Source: Sedimentisphaeraceae bacterium JB056
Lineage (GTDB): Bacteria > Planctomycetota > Phycisphaerae > Sedimentisphaerales > Sedimentisphaeraceae
Length of the DNA stretch: 64,000 nucleotides
NCBI GenBank assembly: GCA_044440125.1
Contig: JBITAJ010000015.1
Span: forward strand, 256,001 to 320,000
Direction: 5' to 3'
Below the pieces are notes generated by a model that ran no database searches, was not told the origin of the DNA, and saw only the letters and a program-made list of their open reading frames with translations. Shown in pieces: positions 31,548 to 40,395 of the stretch; within the stretch, counting starts at the first letter, position 1; each line of letters opens with the position of its first letter. The position numbers and the translations under genes were made by a program.

Positions 31548-32522
31548 TCAAACCCCTAATAAAGCCGGATTTCCAATAGACGTTATTTTATTATAGCGTC
31601 TGTGAAGTAAAGTGTCAACGTCTATATTTTTCAGTTCATTCAAAGTTTTTGTAATGTACATTTCCATATTGTACACTGTTTCGTTGATGTTACGATGAGC
31701 GCCGCCGAGTGGTTCGGTGATTACATCGTCAACAACTTTCAAATTCAACAGTTCCTTACTCGTAAGCTTAAGTGCCTCGGCAGCTTCATTTGCTTTTGAG
31801 CCGTCACGCCACAATATAGCTGCGCATCCTTCGGGCGAGATCACCGAATAATAAGAATATTCAAGCATAGCGAGTTTGTCACCAACTCCTATTCCAAGCG
31901 CGCCGCCGCTGCCGCCTTCACCTATAACTATAGATATTACAGGTACTTTCAGCCTTGACATTTCCATGAGATTGTAGGCGATAGCCTGTGCCTGGCCGCG
32001 TTCTTCGGCGCCTATGCCGGGATAAGCTCCGGGAGTATCGATAAGCGTAACAATCGGAATCCCGAACTTCTCAGCAAGTTTCATTTTGGCAATAGCTTTG
32101 CGATAACCCTCAGGATTGGCGCACCCAAAATTACACTCTATCTTTTCTTTGGTGTCCTTACCCTTGTTGTGGCCTACAATAAGCACTTTTTCTCTGCCTA
32201 TCTGACCAAATCCGGTAACTATCGCACGATCGTCGCCGAATACTCGGTCGCCGTGAAGCTCACGAAAATCAGTTACCATCATTTTAAGATAATCATTCAA
32301 CAGTGGTCTTTGCGGGTGTCGTGATACTTGTATCGTTTGCCACGCTGAAAGACTTGAATAAAGATTGCTGATAAGTTCAGCCTGCTGTTTCTGCAGCTTT
32401 CTTATTTCAGAAGGATTACCGTTGCCGTCTTTTTTCAGTTCGTTTATTTTATCCGCGAGCTTTGCTACTTCCGATTCAAACGGAAGATAATCTATTCGCT
32501 CGTTTATTTGTGAAATTGCCAT
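31548..32522 (-). CDS. accA: Acetyl-CoA carboxylase carboxyltransferase alpha subunit
   Basis: RHPQRP, ELHGDR, PEGYRKA, IDTPGAYPGIGAEERGQ, GEGGSGGALG, VISPEGCAAILW. Confidence 0.97.
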   Translation of the reverse strand: MAISQINERIDYLPFESEVAKLADKINELKKDGNGNPSEIRKLQKQQAELISNLYSSLSAWQTIQVSRHPQRPLLNDYLKMMVTDFRELHGDRVFGDDRAIVTGFGQIGREKVLIVGHNKGKDTKEKIECNFGCANPEGYRKAIAKMKLAEKFGIPIVTLIDTPGAYPGIGAEERGQAQAIAYNLMEMSRLKVPVISIVIGEGGSGGALGIGVGDKLAMLEYSYYSVISPEGCAAILWRDGSKANEAAEALKLTSKELLNLKVVDDVITEPLGGAHRNINETVYNMEMYITKTLNELKNIDVDTLLHRRYNKITSIGNPALLGV

Positions 32523-32911
32523 AAGTACTCTTTCTATAGTTTCTTATAAAACTTAAGTACGCAATAATTCCGTTGTTTATAGACTCTTTTTAAATATCAA
32601 AAGTGCGCACTTTAAGTACAATTAGGGCGTATTCTAACAATTTAGGGTGGATTTTGAAAGTTTTTTTTGAAAAAGTAAAAATCTGACTTTAAGCATTACT
32701 GATTTGGGCTATTTGTGAGTTCGGGTTTGCAGAAAATGTACGAAGTGATTGCTTTTGAAAAATAATTGAGCAAGTTTTGTTAAATTTCAAAAAAAACATT
32801 GAACATTAAGGGAAGACTAACTATATTTGTTGTCGTTATAATTATTAATGATTCGTAATATATTCAAGTGGTTCCGATTCGGTTCGTCTATAGCTTGATT
32901 TCTAAAAAAAT

Positions 32912-33145
32912 ATGGAAAAAGAAACAATTTCACTTAATAATATTTCTTCGGGCAGAACTGTGAAGATTGCCCGTATTGATGCCGGCAGAGGTTTGAGGCA
33001 GCGTCTGGCTGCTCTTGGCTTATTGCCAGGGGCGACTGTACGTGTTATCAAAACGCTGGGTCGGGGGCAGGTTGTTGTTGAAATTTTCCAGAGCAAAACT
33101 CTTCTGGGACGCGGCGTTACTGAAAAGATATATGTAGCGGGTTGA
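32912..33145 (+). CDS. feoA: FeoA-family protein
   Basis: GRGLRQRLAALGLLPGATVRV...LGRGVTEKIYV; 77 aa. Confidence 0.85.
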   Translation: MEKETISLNNISSGRTVKIARIDAGRGLRQRLAALGLLPGATVRVIKTLGRGQVVVEIFQSKTLLGRGVTEKIYVAG

Positions 33146-33347
33146 TTTTGTCACTTGCTGATATTTACATAATGAATCAATACGTTTTAGTAGTATATTA
33201 ATCCCGCATTCCATCTCATTGACTGAGCTTATGTTTTTGATATAATCACTTCTGTTGTTTAAGCAGTTGGATACAGTGCTTCTGATAAAATTAAAGTTTC
33301 AGTGTTCAATAATCAGCTCAATACCTTTATATTAAGGAAATCGTTAT

Positions 33348-34697
33348 ATGTTATCTTTCATAGTTATATGTTGTGCTTTGGCCGCGGGGCATTTTCTTCG
33401 TATGAAATTGCGTATACTTCAGCGCCTTTATTTGCCTTCATGCGTTATTGGCGGAATTTTTGCACTTATTGTATTGCAGTTTTTATCACCTGAAACAAAA
33501 GGCAGTTGGACAGCCGGATGGTCCAAACTTCCCGGTTTTCTGATAAATATAGTTTTTGCATGCTTATTCCTCGGAATAAAGATACCTTCAATGAAACAGG
33601 TTTGGGATAGAAGCAGTACGCAAGTTGCTTATGGACAGATAGTTGCATGGGGACAGTATGCTGTTGGTGTTGGTGCATGGCTTCTACTTTTACGTTGGAT
33701 ATGGCCTCAGCTTCCCGCTATGTTTGGGGGTGTCTTGCCTGTTGGTTTTGAAGGTGGCCATGGTACTGCGGGAGGGCTTGCACCGGTATTTGAACAATAT
33801 GACTGGATTGCCGGTAAGGATTTTGCTCTCGCAAGTGCTACTTTTGGCATATTGGGGGCCATAATAGTAGGAATGATACTTGTCAACTGGGCGGCTCGTA
33901 AAGGTTATACCGTGAAATATGCAGAGCCAGTTGACTTGACTGAAGATGATACTATTGGTGTTATACCGATTGGGCAAAGACCATCTGCCGGTAGGCTTAC
34001 TGTGAATTCAGATGCTATTGAGTCTACAAGCCTTCATCTTGCTATCGTCGGAATAGCATGTCTCATTGGATATTTAATTAAACAGGGGCTTGTCGGTATT
34101 GAGGCTAGCAGTGAGCAACTCAGCAATCTTGGTTTGCTTAAGGGTTTTCCACTGTTTCCGCTTTGTATGATAGGCGGTATTATTATCCAGCTTTGGGAAG
34201 ACAAGTTTGATAAGCACAACCTTATTGATCTTGGCATAATGAGGCGTATTCAGAATACAGCCCTTGATTTTCTTGTTGTTGCCGCAATTGCGACAATAAA
34301 ACTTAGTGTTGTGGTGCAGGGTTTGCTGCCCTTGGTGATACTTGTTACGCTGGGAATATTGTGGAACGTGGTTTGTGTTATGTTTCTTGCAAGGCGTGTC
34401 TTTAAAGACAGTTGGTTTGAGCGGTCTATTGCGGAGATGGGACAGAGCATGGGTGTTACCGCTACTGGACTGCTGCTTCTGAGAGTTGTGGACCCTGATT
34501 ATGAAACACCGGCTGCGGATGCCTTCGCATGTAAGCAGATAGTTCATGAGCCGTTTATGGGTGGTGGACTCTGGACAGGTATGGCAATACCGCTGTTGGC
34601 AATAAAGGGCGGCTGGTTCGTGTTTATTATTGCTTTGGCTGCTATTTTTATCTGGTCAATTGTAATACTTGCGTTGAAAAAGGCATCATCTTCATAA
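33348..34697 (+). CDS. Sodium/glutamate symporter (GltS family)
   Basis: LYLPSCVIGG, VGFEGGHGTAGG, SATFG, GQSMGVTATGLLLLRVVDP; multi-TM. Confidence 0.88.
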   Translation: MLSFIVICCALAAGHFLRMKLRILQRLYLPSCVIGGIFALIVLQFLSPETKGSWTAGWSKLPGFLINIVFACLFLGIKIPSMKQVWDRSSTQVAYGQIVAWGQYAVGVGAWLLLLRWIWPQLPAMFGGVLPVGFEGGHGTAGGLAPVFEQYDWIAGKDFALASATFGILGAIIVGMILVNWAARKGYTVKYAEPVDLTEDDTIGVIPIGQRPSAGRLTVNSDAIESTSLHLAIVGIACLIGYLIKQGLVGIEASSEQLSNLGLLKGFPLFPLCMIGGIIIQLWEDKFDKHNLIDLGIMRRIQNTALDFLVVAAIATIKLSVVVQGLLPLVILVTLGILWNVVCVMFLARRVFKDSWFERSIAEMGQSMGVTATGLLLLRVVDPDYETPAADAFACKQIVHEPFMGGGLWTGMAIPLLAIKGGWFVFIIALAAIFIWSIVILALKKASSS

Positions 34698-34710
34698 AGT
34701 GAGCTGTTTA

Positions 34711-34772
34711 ATCTAAGAATTATATAAAATTCTTAGATAAGACGCTTGACAACCTGCTCTAATTTCTATAAT
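34711..34772 (+). promoter_or_regulatory. AT-rich palindrome plus putative promoter of the secretin operon
   Basis: ATCTAAGAATT-N6-AATTCTTAGAT (34711-34738); TTGACA 34746-34751 and TATAAT 34767-34772 with a short 15-nt spacer. Confidence 0.4.
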
Positions 34773-34841
34773 GGGTTATTGATATATTTTTATTCAATAG
34801 TCATTATTTATATTGTGAGCTTGGCTCAGGCAAGGATTAAG

Positions 34842-36065
34842 ATGAGAAAGTTAGCAGTGGTTTTGTTGCTTGGTGTTACATTGTCTATGGCGGCTTCAAC
34901 CGAAGGTGACCACCAGAAGAACAAGCAGAATGTTATAAATCAGCTTGAGCAGCTTTTTCAGCCCGAACCCATTAAGCCGCGAATTGTTCTCGATGACGAG
35001 GAACCATATCTAAAGGTTGTTGCTGGATCATCGGGGAATTCCACTCTCATATACATGTGCAGGTATTCCGACTGCAAGGAAGTTTCCGATGGACTTGAAG
35101 CGGTTATAAGCCGAAACGGTCTGATAGAGGAAGCTGAAGATAAGAATATGGTTGTTGTCAGCGATACTGATGAAAAGATCGAGGAGATCAGACAGGTTAT
35201 CGTGGCCATGGATGTTCCTGTTCCTCAAATACTTGTAGAAGCTAAAGTTATAGAAGTATATACTACTGATCAGTATGATCAGGAACTAATGTTTGATTAT
35301 AATCAGAACTCTGATACCCTTGGAGTTGGGGCAAATGCTTATGGCGGCGGAGTTGATATTGATAAATTAAGCAAATCTGATATGTTCAATTTCTCTCCTT
35401 ACTCTCTTGGCGTTTCCGGACAGATAAATAATTTTGGATTCTTCTTTGACTGGCTTAAGACTGCCAATAATGCCCAGATACTGTCGTCTCCCAACGTAGT
35501 TGTCTCACTGGGTAGTCAGGGAAATATTGTAACAGGTGATGATTTGCCTATTCAGTCTACATCCACTACCGGCAGTACGGTAAATACTGATATCAAATAT
35601 AAAAGAACTGGTATAACACTTGATGTTTCGCCTGTACGTATTAATAAGAATACTGTTAAGCTCAAGGTAAATCCTCAGGTGAGTACGGTTACGCGATACG
35701 AAAAATTCAATGAATTGAATATTCCTGTCGTTTCGATTAGAGATGTGGAGACAGAGCTTACAGTGAGAAACGGCGAGATAATAATGCTTGGCGGTCTTTA
35801 CTCCACCGAAGAGCTTACTGAAGAGAAAAAGGTGCCTCTGCTTAGTGATCTGCCTCTTTTAGGTGAATTATTCAAATCCAGAAATGACACTACTCAGATA
35901 AAGCAGCTTATCTTTTTCATGAAGGTTAATATTGTTGAAAATTCCGCCTCTACTTTTGTTGATGTTGAGGATAATGCATCAAAGATGCGTAGTGCAGGAG
36001 AGACAATCAAGGCATCAAAGCAGCTTTTCCCGGGCGATGATGACAGTCAGGATAAAGGAGAGTGA
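34842..36065 (+). CDS. Minimal secretin (GspD/PilQ-type outer-membrane channel)
   Basis: Signal peptide MRKLAVVLLLG; one N3-like domain ending MDVPVPQILVEAKVIEV; secretin motifs ILSSPNVVV, YKRTGITLDVSP, VETELTVRNGEIIMLGGL, KVPLLSDLPLLGELFKS. Confidence 0.88.
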   Translation: MRKLAVVLLLGVTLSMAASTEGDHQKNKQNVINQLEQLFQPEPIKPRIVLDDEEPYLKVVAGSSGNSTLIYMCRYSDCKEVSDGLEAVISRNGLIEEAEDKNMVVVSDTDEKIEEIRQVIVAMDVPVPQILVEAKVIEVYTTDQYDQELMFDYNQNSDTLGVGANAYGGGVDIDKLSKSDMFNFSPYSLGVSGQINNFGFFFDWLKTANNAQILSSPNVVVSLGSQGNIVTGDDLPIQSTSTTGSTVNTDIKYKRTGITLDVSPVRINKNTVKLKVNPQVSTVTRYEKFNELNIPVVSIRDVETELTVRNGEIIMLGGLYSTEELTEEKKVPLLSDLPLLGELFKSRNDTTQIKQLIFFMKVNIVENSASTFVDVEDNASKMRSAGETIKASKQLFPGDDDSQDKGE

Positions 36066-36067
36066 TT

Positions 36068-37531
36068 ATGTTTCGAAGGATAATTTGTCTTTTGATACTT
36101 GTCACGCTGACATTTTTTATAAATGGATGTGAGAAAAAGGTCAATGCTGATGAGGGTGGTGATTCTAATCTGGATAAGTATTACACCGTAGCTCCAAGAG
36201 AGATGCTTTTGGGTATTACTCAATCCGGTACGATAAATTCAGTTAAAAATCATAAGATCAGATATGAAGCGTCATACAATACCCAGATCAGTTGGGTCAT
36301 TGAGGAAAACAGTCTGGTCAGTAAAGATGAGCCTCTTATAAAATTTGATGATGAAGAGCTTAAATCCAAGATAGAAGAGCTTCAAAACTCTCTCGAGAAC
36401 AGCAAGAAGGAACTTGCCATAGCAGAGGAGGAGCTGGAGATACAGAAGAGTGAAAACCTGGCGAATTTGAAAAAGGCTCAGGATGATGTGACTACTGCTG
36501 AGGAAAATCTATACAAATACCTTCGTCTTGAAGGACCGAAGGCCAAAGATAAACAGGCAGTGGATGTGGAAGATGCTCTTGATGCGCTGAATGAAGCTCA
36601 AAAAGCTTATGATGAAGCCCATGAAACATATAAGACAACAGTATACGACAATCAGGACGACAAGGAAAAAGCAGAGAAAAAACTTGAATCACTATTGAGT
36701 ACTGTTGAGAAGAAGAAGATTAACTATGACAATGTCTTGATTGATGACAAGATATTCAAACGCTATACTTATCCCAACAGGGTTGATAATCTTGAAAATG
36801 CTCTTGAGCAGAGCAAGCTCAATCTTAAGAGGGCTCAGGTGAGGGCAAGGTCGAGCATTGTTCAAAAGAATAATCAGATTCAAAGACACCAGAATAATAT
36901 TGAACGTTATCAGAAAAATCTCAAGAGACACGAAGAATATCTTACTATGATGGAGCTCACTTCTCCTGCTGAAGGCATAATACTTTATGGCGATACCGAC
37001 CAGAGATGGCACAGAACTGAGCCTAAGGAAGGTATGAATGTTTATAAGGGGCAGGTGCTTGCGACTATTCCAGACCTCTCTGAGCTGTTGGTTTATATGG
37101 ATCTTCCGGAGATCTTTCGTTCCAGAGTTGATGTAGATGATGAGGTAGTTATCACAATTGAGTCGATTCCGGGGCTTGCGGTAAAAGGTAAGGTCATAGA
37201 GATTGCCGCCTTACCTACCAACCAGTTGTTCTTTGATCCTACTTCACCAAAGATTTACAAGACAAAGATAGAGGTTGAGGATAAGGATGAAAGGATGGTT
37301 ACCGGAATGAACGTTCAGGTTAAGGTTATATCCGAGAGGCTCAAAGATGTTCTTTCTGTGCCGATTGAGGCTGTTTTTGAAAATGATGGTAAATTGTTCG
37401 TATATAAATCCGGAGAAATGGGCTCGAAGATATGTTATGTGGAGATAGGCGAGTCGAATGATGATTTTGTCCTGATAAAGGATGGCATTGAAGAAGGGGA
37501 CAAAATATGTCTCTTTGAACCGGTTGAGTAA
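36068..37531 (+). CDS. Periplasmic adaptor / membrane-fusion lipoprotein (MacA/HlyD-like) with long coiled coil
   Basis: Lipobox-like FFINGC; lipoyl halves (WVIEENSLVSKDEPLIKFD; LTSPAEGII), IPDLSEL, GMNVQVKV, VLSVPIEAVF, GIEEGDKI. Confidence 0.88.
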   Translation: MFRRIICLLILVTLTFFINGCEKKVNADEGGDSNLDKYYTVAPREMLLGITQSGTINSVKNHKIRYEASYNTQISWVIEENSLVSKDEPLIKFDDEELKSKIEELQNSLENSKKELAIAEEELEIQKSENLANLKKAQDDVTTAEENLYKYLRLEGPKAKDKQAVDVEDALDALNEAQKAYDEAHETYKTTVYDNQDDKEKAEKKLESLLSTVEKKKINYDNVLIDDKIFKRYTYPNRVDNLENALEQSKLNLKRAQVRARSSIVQKNNQIQRHQNNIERYQKNLKRHEEYLTMMELTSPAEGIILYGDTDQRWHRTEPKEGMNVYKGQVLATIPDLSELLVYMDLPEIFRSRVDVDDEVVITIESIPGLAVKGKVIEIAALPTNQLFFDPTSPKIYKTKIEVEDKDERMVTGMNVQVKVISERLKDVLSVPIEAVFENDGKLFVYKSGEMGSKICYVEIGESNDDFVLIKDGIEEGDKICLFEPVE

Positions 37532-37567
37532 GTAGAAGGCATTAGGCACAAGGCAAAAGTTGAATAT

Positions 37568-38269
37568 ATGCAGCATTGTAGTGAAAATGTTATAGAGCTT
37601 AAGGATTTGTATAAGAGTTACAGGCTCGGCAAAAACGATGTTCCCGTACTTAAAGGTATCAACTTCACCGTTAAAAAGGGTGAGTATGTCGGTGTTATGG
37701 GTGCTTCGGGTTCCGGTAAGACTACGTTTTTGAATTTGCTTGGTCTGCTTGATCTTCCGAGCGAAGGAAGCTACTTGCTTGAGGGTGTCCAGACTAATTC
37801 TCTGGGAGACAGGGAATTGGCAAGGTTGAGGAATAAACGAATCGGCTTTATATTTCAGAATTTCAATCTTTTCGGCTATTTGTCGGTAAGACAGAACATC
37901 GAAGTGCCTCTTGTATACGGCAATGTTGCGAGGTCGCAGCGAAAAGAGGTTGCTGAAGAGCTGGCTGAAAAGCTTGGGCTCTCTCATCGTCTCAAGCACC
38001 TTCCAGGGGAGCTTTCCGGCGGTGAAAGACAGAGGGTTGCGATTGCAAGGGCTTTGTCTACAAAGCCTGCATTTTTGCTCGCCGATGAACCTACAGGAAA
38101 CCTCGATGAGAAAACCGGTGAGGATGTGCTTGAACTTTTTGAACAACTGCATACCGAAGTTGGTACGACGATTGTATTCGTTACTCACAACCCAAATTAT
38201 GAGAGTTATTTCCACAAAGTAATGCATCTTCGTGATGGAGTATTGGAGCAGGCAGATGAGAATAAGTGA
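37568..38269 (+). CDS. ABC transporter ATP-binding protein (MacB/LolD-type)
   Basis: GASGSGKTT, LARLRNKRIGFIFQNFNL, LSGGERQRVAIARAL, LADEPTGNLD, VTH. Confidence 0.95.
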   Translation: MQHCSENVIELKDLYKSYRLGKNDVPVLKGINFTVKKGEYVGVMGASGSGKTTFLNLLGLLDLPSEGSYLLEGVQTNSLGDRELARLRNKRIGFIFQNFNLFGYLSVRQNIEVPLVYGNVARSQRKEVAEELAEKLGLSHRLKHLPGELSGGERQRVAIARALSTKPAFLLADEPTGNLDEKTGEDVLELFEQLHTEVGTTIVFVTHNPNYESYFHKVMHLRDGVLEQADENK

Positions 38270-39524
38270 TCTTTACAGGTTGTCATTCCATAATCTCTTT
38301 CAGCACAAGGTAAGAAGCGGGCTTACTTCTCTTGGTGTTATTTTCGGTATTGCCAGTGTTATTGCGATGCTTGCGATTTCTGAAGGTGCGAGAATCGAGT
38401 CTTTATCTCAGATACAGTCGATGGGAATTAATAATATCATAATCTATACAAAAAAGCCCTCTGTGATAGGAAAAGGCTCCAGTTCTACAGAATCTAATAT
38501 CGTAGAGGAGTATGGTATTACAGAGAATGATATAGACCATCTCAAGCTGCTCGATAATATAGATATGATCACTACCCTTACCGATTCACGGCAGAATATT
38601 CTTTCAGGAACTACACTGCTTGATATAAAACTTGTCGGCGTTGAGTACAATTTTATGGATACTTGTGCCGCGCAGATGGTTCGGGGAAGGTGGCTCAGTA
38701 TTGTAGACAATAAGAATCTCTCCAGGGTTTGCGTTATCGGAAAAGATGTCAAGCGTAAGTATTTCGGCATAGGTACTATGGAGGTCATAGGCAGAACGAT
38801 TCAGGCCAAGGATAGTGTCTGGCGAATTGTCGGTGTCATAGAGGACGATACCGGCACCGAACTTGCTAATCTTGGAAGTATCAATGATATGGTGCTTGTT
38901 CCAAGTGAAACTCTTCTTCAGGAAAAGGATGGTTATTCTTATTCGCTCAAACGAAGCAATACCAGCATTACTGTCGTGAGGTATGATGCGGTTATTGCCA
39001 AGATGAGAGAGCTTAGTTTTATCAATAATACTGCGAGTCGTATCGTTAATTACATGAATAAGGCTCATAAGAAGACTAAAGATTGGGACGTAATAATCCC
39101 GTATTCGCTGTTTAAGCAACGCCAGAAGACCCAGCAGATATTCACTATTGTTATGAGCTCTATTGCGGGCATTTCGCTGATTGTCGGCGGCGTGGGTATA
39201 ATGAATATTATGCTTGCCAGCGTATTTGAGAGGAGGAAAGAAATTGGTACAAGAAGGGCACTCGGTGCCAAGAAGTCTGACGTTTTGCTTCAGTTTCTTG
39301 TGGAGACGGTTACTTTGACCGCTCTCGGCTCGCTGATAGGAATCGCGACAGGCATTGCTCTGGCTCAATCAGTCGCGTACTATGCAGGCTGGCCGGTGAT
39401 ATATTCGTACTGGATAATGGTAGCGGCATTCTTCATCGCGTGTACGATAGGAATTGTTTTCGGTACATACCCTGCAATGAAGGCATCAGCCCAAAACCCG
39501 ATAGACGTACTCCGAGCGGAGTAG
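38256..39524 (+). CDS. ABC transporter permease (MacB periplasmic core + FtsX domain)
   Basis: RSGLTSLGVIFGIASVIAMLAISEG, IAGISLIVGGVGIMNIMLASVFERRKEIGTRRALGA, QFLVE, PAMKASAQNPIDVLRAE. Confidence 0.95.
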   Translation: MRISDLYRLSFHNLFQHKVRSGLTSLGVIFGIASVIAMLAISEGARIESLSQIQSMGINNIIIYTKKPSVIGKGSSSTESNIVEEYGITENDIDHLKLLDNIDMITTLTDSRQNILSGTTLLDIKLVGVEYNFMDTCAAQMVRGRWLSIVDNKNLSRVCVIGKDVKRKYFGIGTMEVIGRTIQAKDSVWRIVGVIEDDTGTELANLGSINDMVLVPSETLLQEKDGYSYSLKRSNTSITVVRYDAVIAKMRELSFINNTASRIVNYMNKAHKKTKDWDVIIPYSLFKQRQKTQQIFTIVMSSIAGISLIVGGVGIMNIMLASVFERRKEIGTRRALGAKKSDVLLQFLVETVTLTALGSLIGIATGIALAQSVAYYAGWPVIYSYWIMVAAFFIACTIGIVFGTYPAMKASAQNPIDVLRAE

Positions 39525-39716
39525 CGAACGCGGTTACCAGTGTTATGGTTATAGGCCAATTAGCTTTAATAAGTCCTCAAAACGTAAATTCAGTAATCCA
39601 GTCTAAAATATCATCCAGCAAATCATTTGATTAGTCTCTTGACAACTCAGAGTAAATCATGTAATAATATACAATTCTCACTAATAGAATACCGTATTAA
39701 TTTTCGAGGAATTATT

Positions 39717-40382
39717 ATGAATATAACAAAAATATGCTTTTTGGCAGTACTGGTCGCTATATGCGGGGGGTGTTCATTTTCTGTCTCTCAGGATAAGGAC
39801 AAGGATCTTTCTTCTCAAAAGGCGATCAAAGCTGATGCTTTGGCCAGTTATTTTGATATTGCCGGCTCTAATGGTGCCGCGTATCTTACAAAACAGAGTC
39901 ATTCATACATTGTTGATTCGCTCAAAATGAAAGCATCGGCTGTGGAGCCTGCTGGTAAATATGAGATGACATTTAATGGCTCATCAGTAAGTTTCAGTGG
40001 CACCAACGGTGAAAAATACTGGAGTACTGAGATGGCCAGACTTCTTGCCGCCTCTTTCTCTATATCAGCCGGTTATGAGACACCTAAGACTTTAGGTTAC
40101 GACAAACTTGAAGGTTCGGTAAGAATCCAGGGTATTCTTTACAATGTTTATGAGAAGAATAAAGGTGAGAGTGTATTTAAGCTTTATTCAAGAATCTCCG
40201 ATGGTGTGATCAATCGCCTTGAGATCAAAGAGGGCAACGGTGCTTATTCATCATTCTGTTACAATGCCTATTATGAGCCGTCTTTGGATAATGTTGTTAT
40301 GCACAATATTGATATATATGAAGGTGCAGGCGACAGCATTGATACGAAACTCATATATAGCGTTAAGTATACTAAATTCTGA
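39717..40382 (+). CDS. Hypothetical lipoprotein
   Basis: GAGGA RBS; signal peptide with lipobox-like ICGGC; no recognised domain. Confidence 0.65.
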   Translation: MNITKICFLAVLVAICGGCSFSVSQDKDKDLSSQKAIKADALASYFDIAGSNGAAYLTKQSHSYIVDSLKMKASAVEPAGKYEMTFNGSSVSFSGTNGEKYWSTEMARLLAASFSISAGYETPKTLGYDKLEGSVRIQGILYNVYEKNKGESVFKLYSRISDGVINRLEIKEGNGAYSSFCYNAYYEPSLDNVVMHNIDIYEGAGDSIDTKLIYSVKYTKF

Positions 40383-40395
40383 TTATTGAAAGTTA

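Noticed and set aside
32800..32870. Fur- or DtxR-like box upstream of feoA
   Set aside because: The best manual alignments matched only about 12 of 19 positions in very AT-rich DNA, which is not distinguishable from chance.
34842..36065. Secretin as part of a canonical T2SS/T4P cluster or filamentous prophage
   Set aside because: No assembly ATPase, platform, pseudopilin cluster, Zot-like or phage genes are adjacent.
37244..39368. Long antisense ORFs 37244-38227 (327 aa) and 38604-39368 (254 aa)
   Set aside because: They lie fully opposite well-supported ABC transporter genes and show no recognisable motifs.
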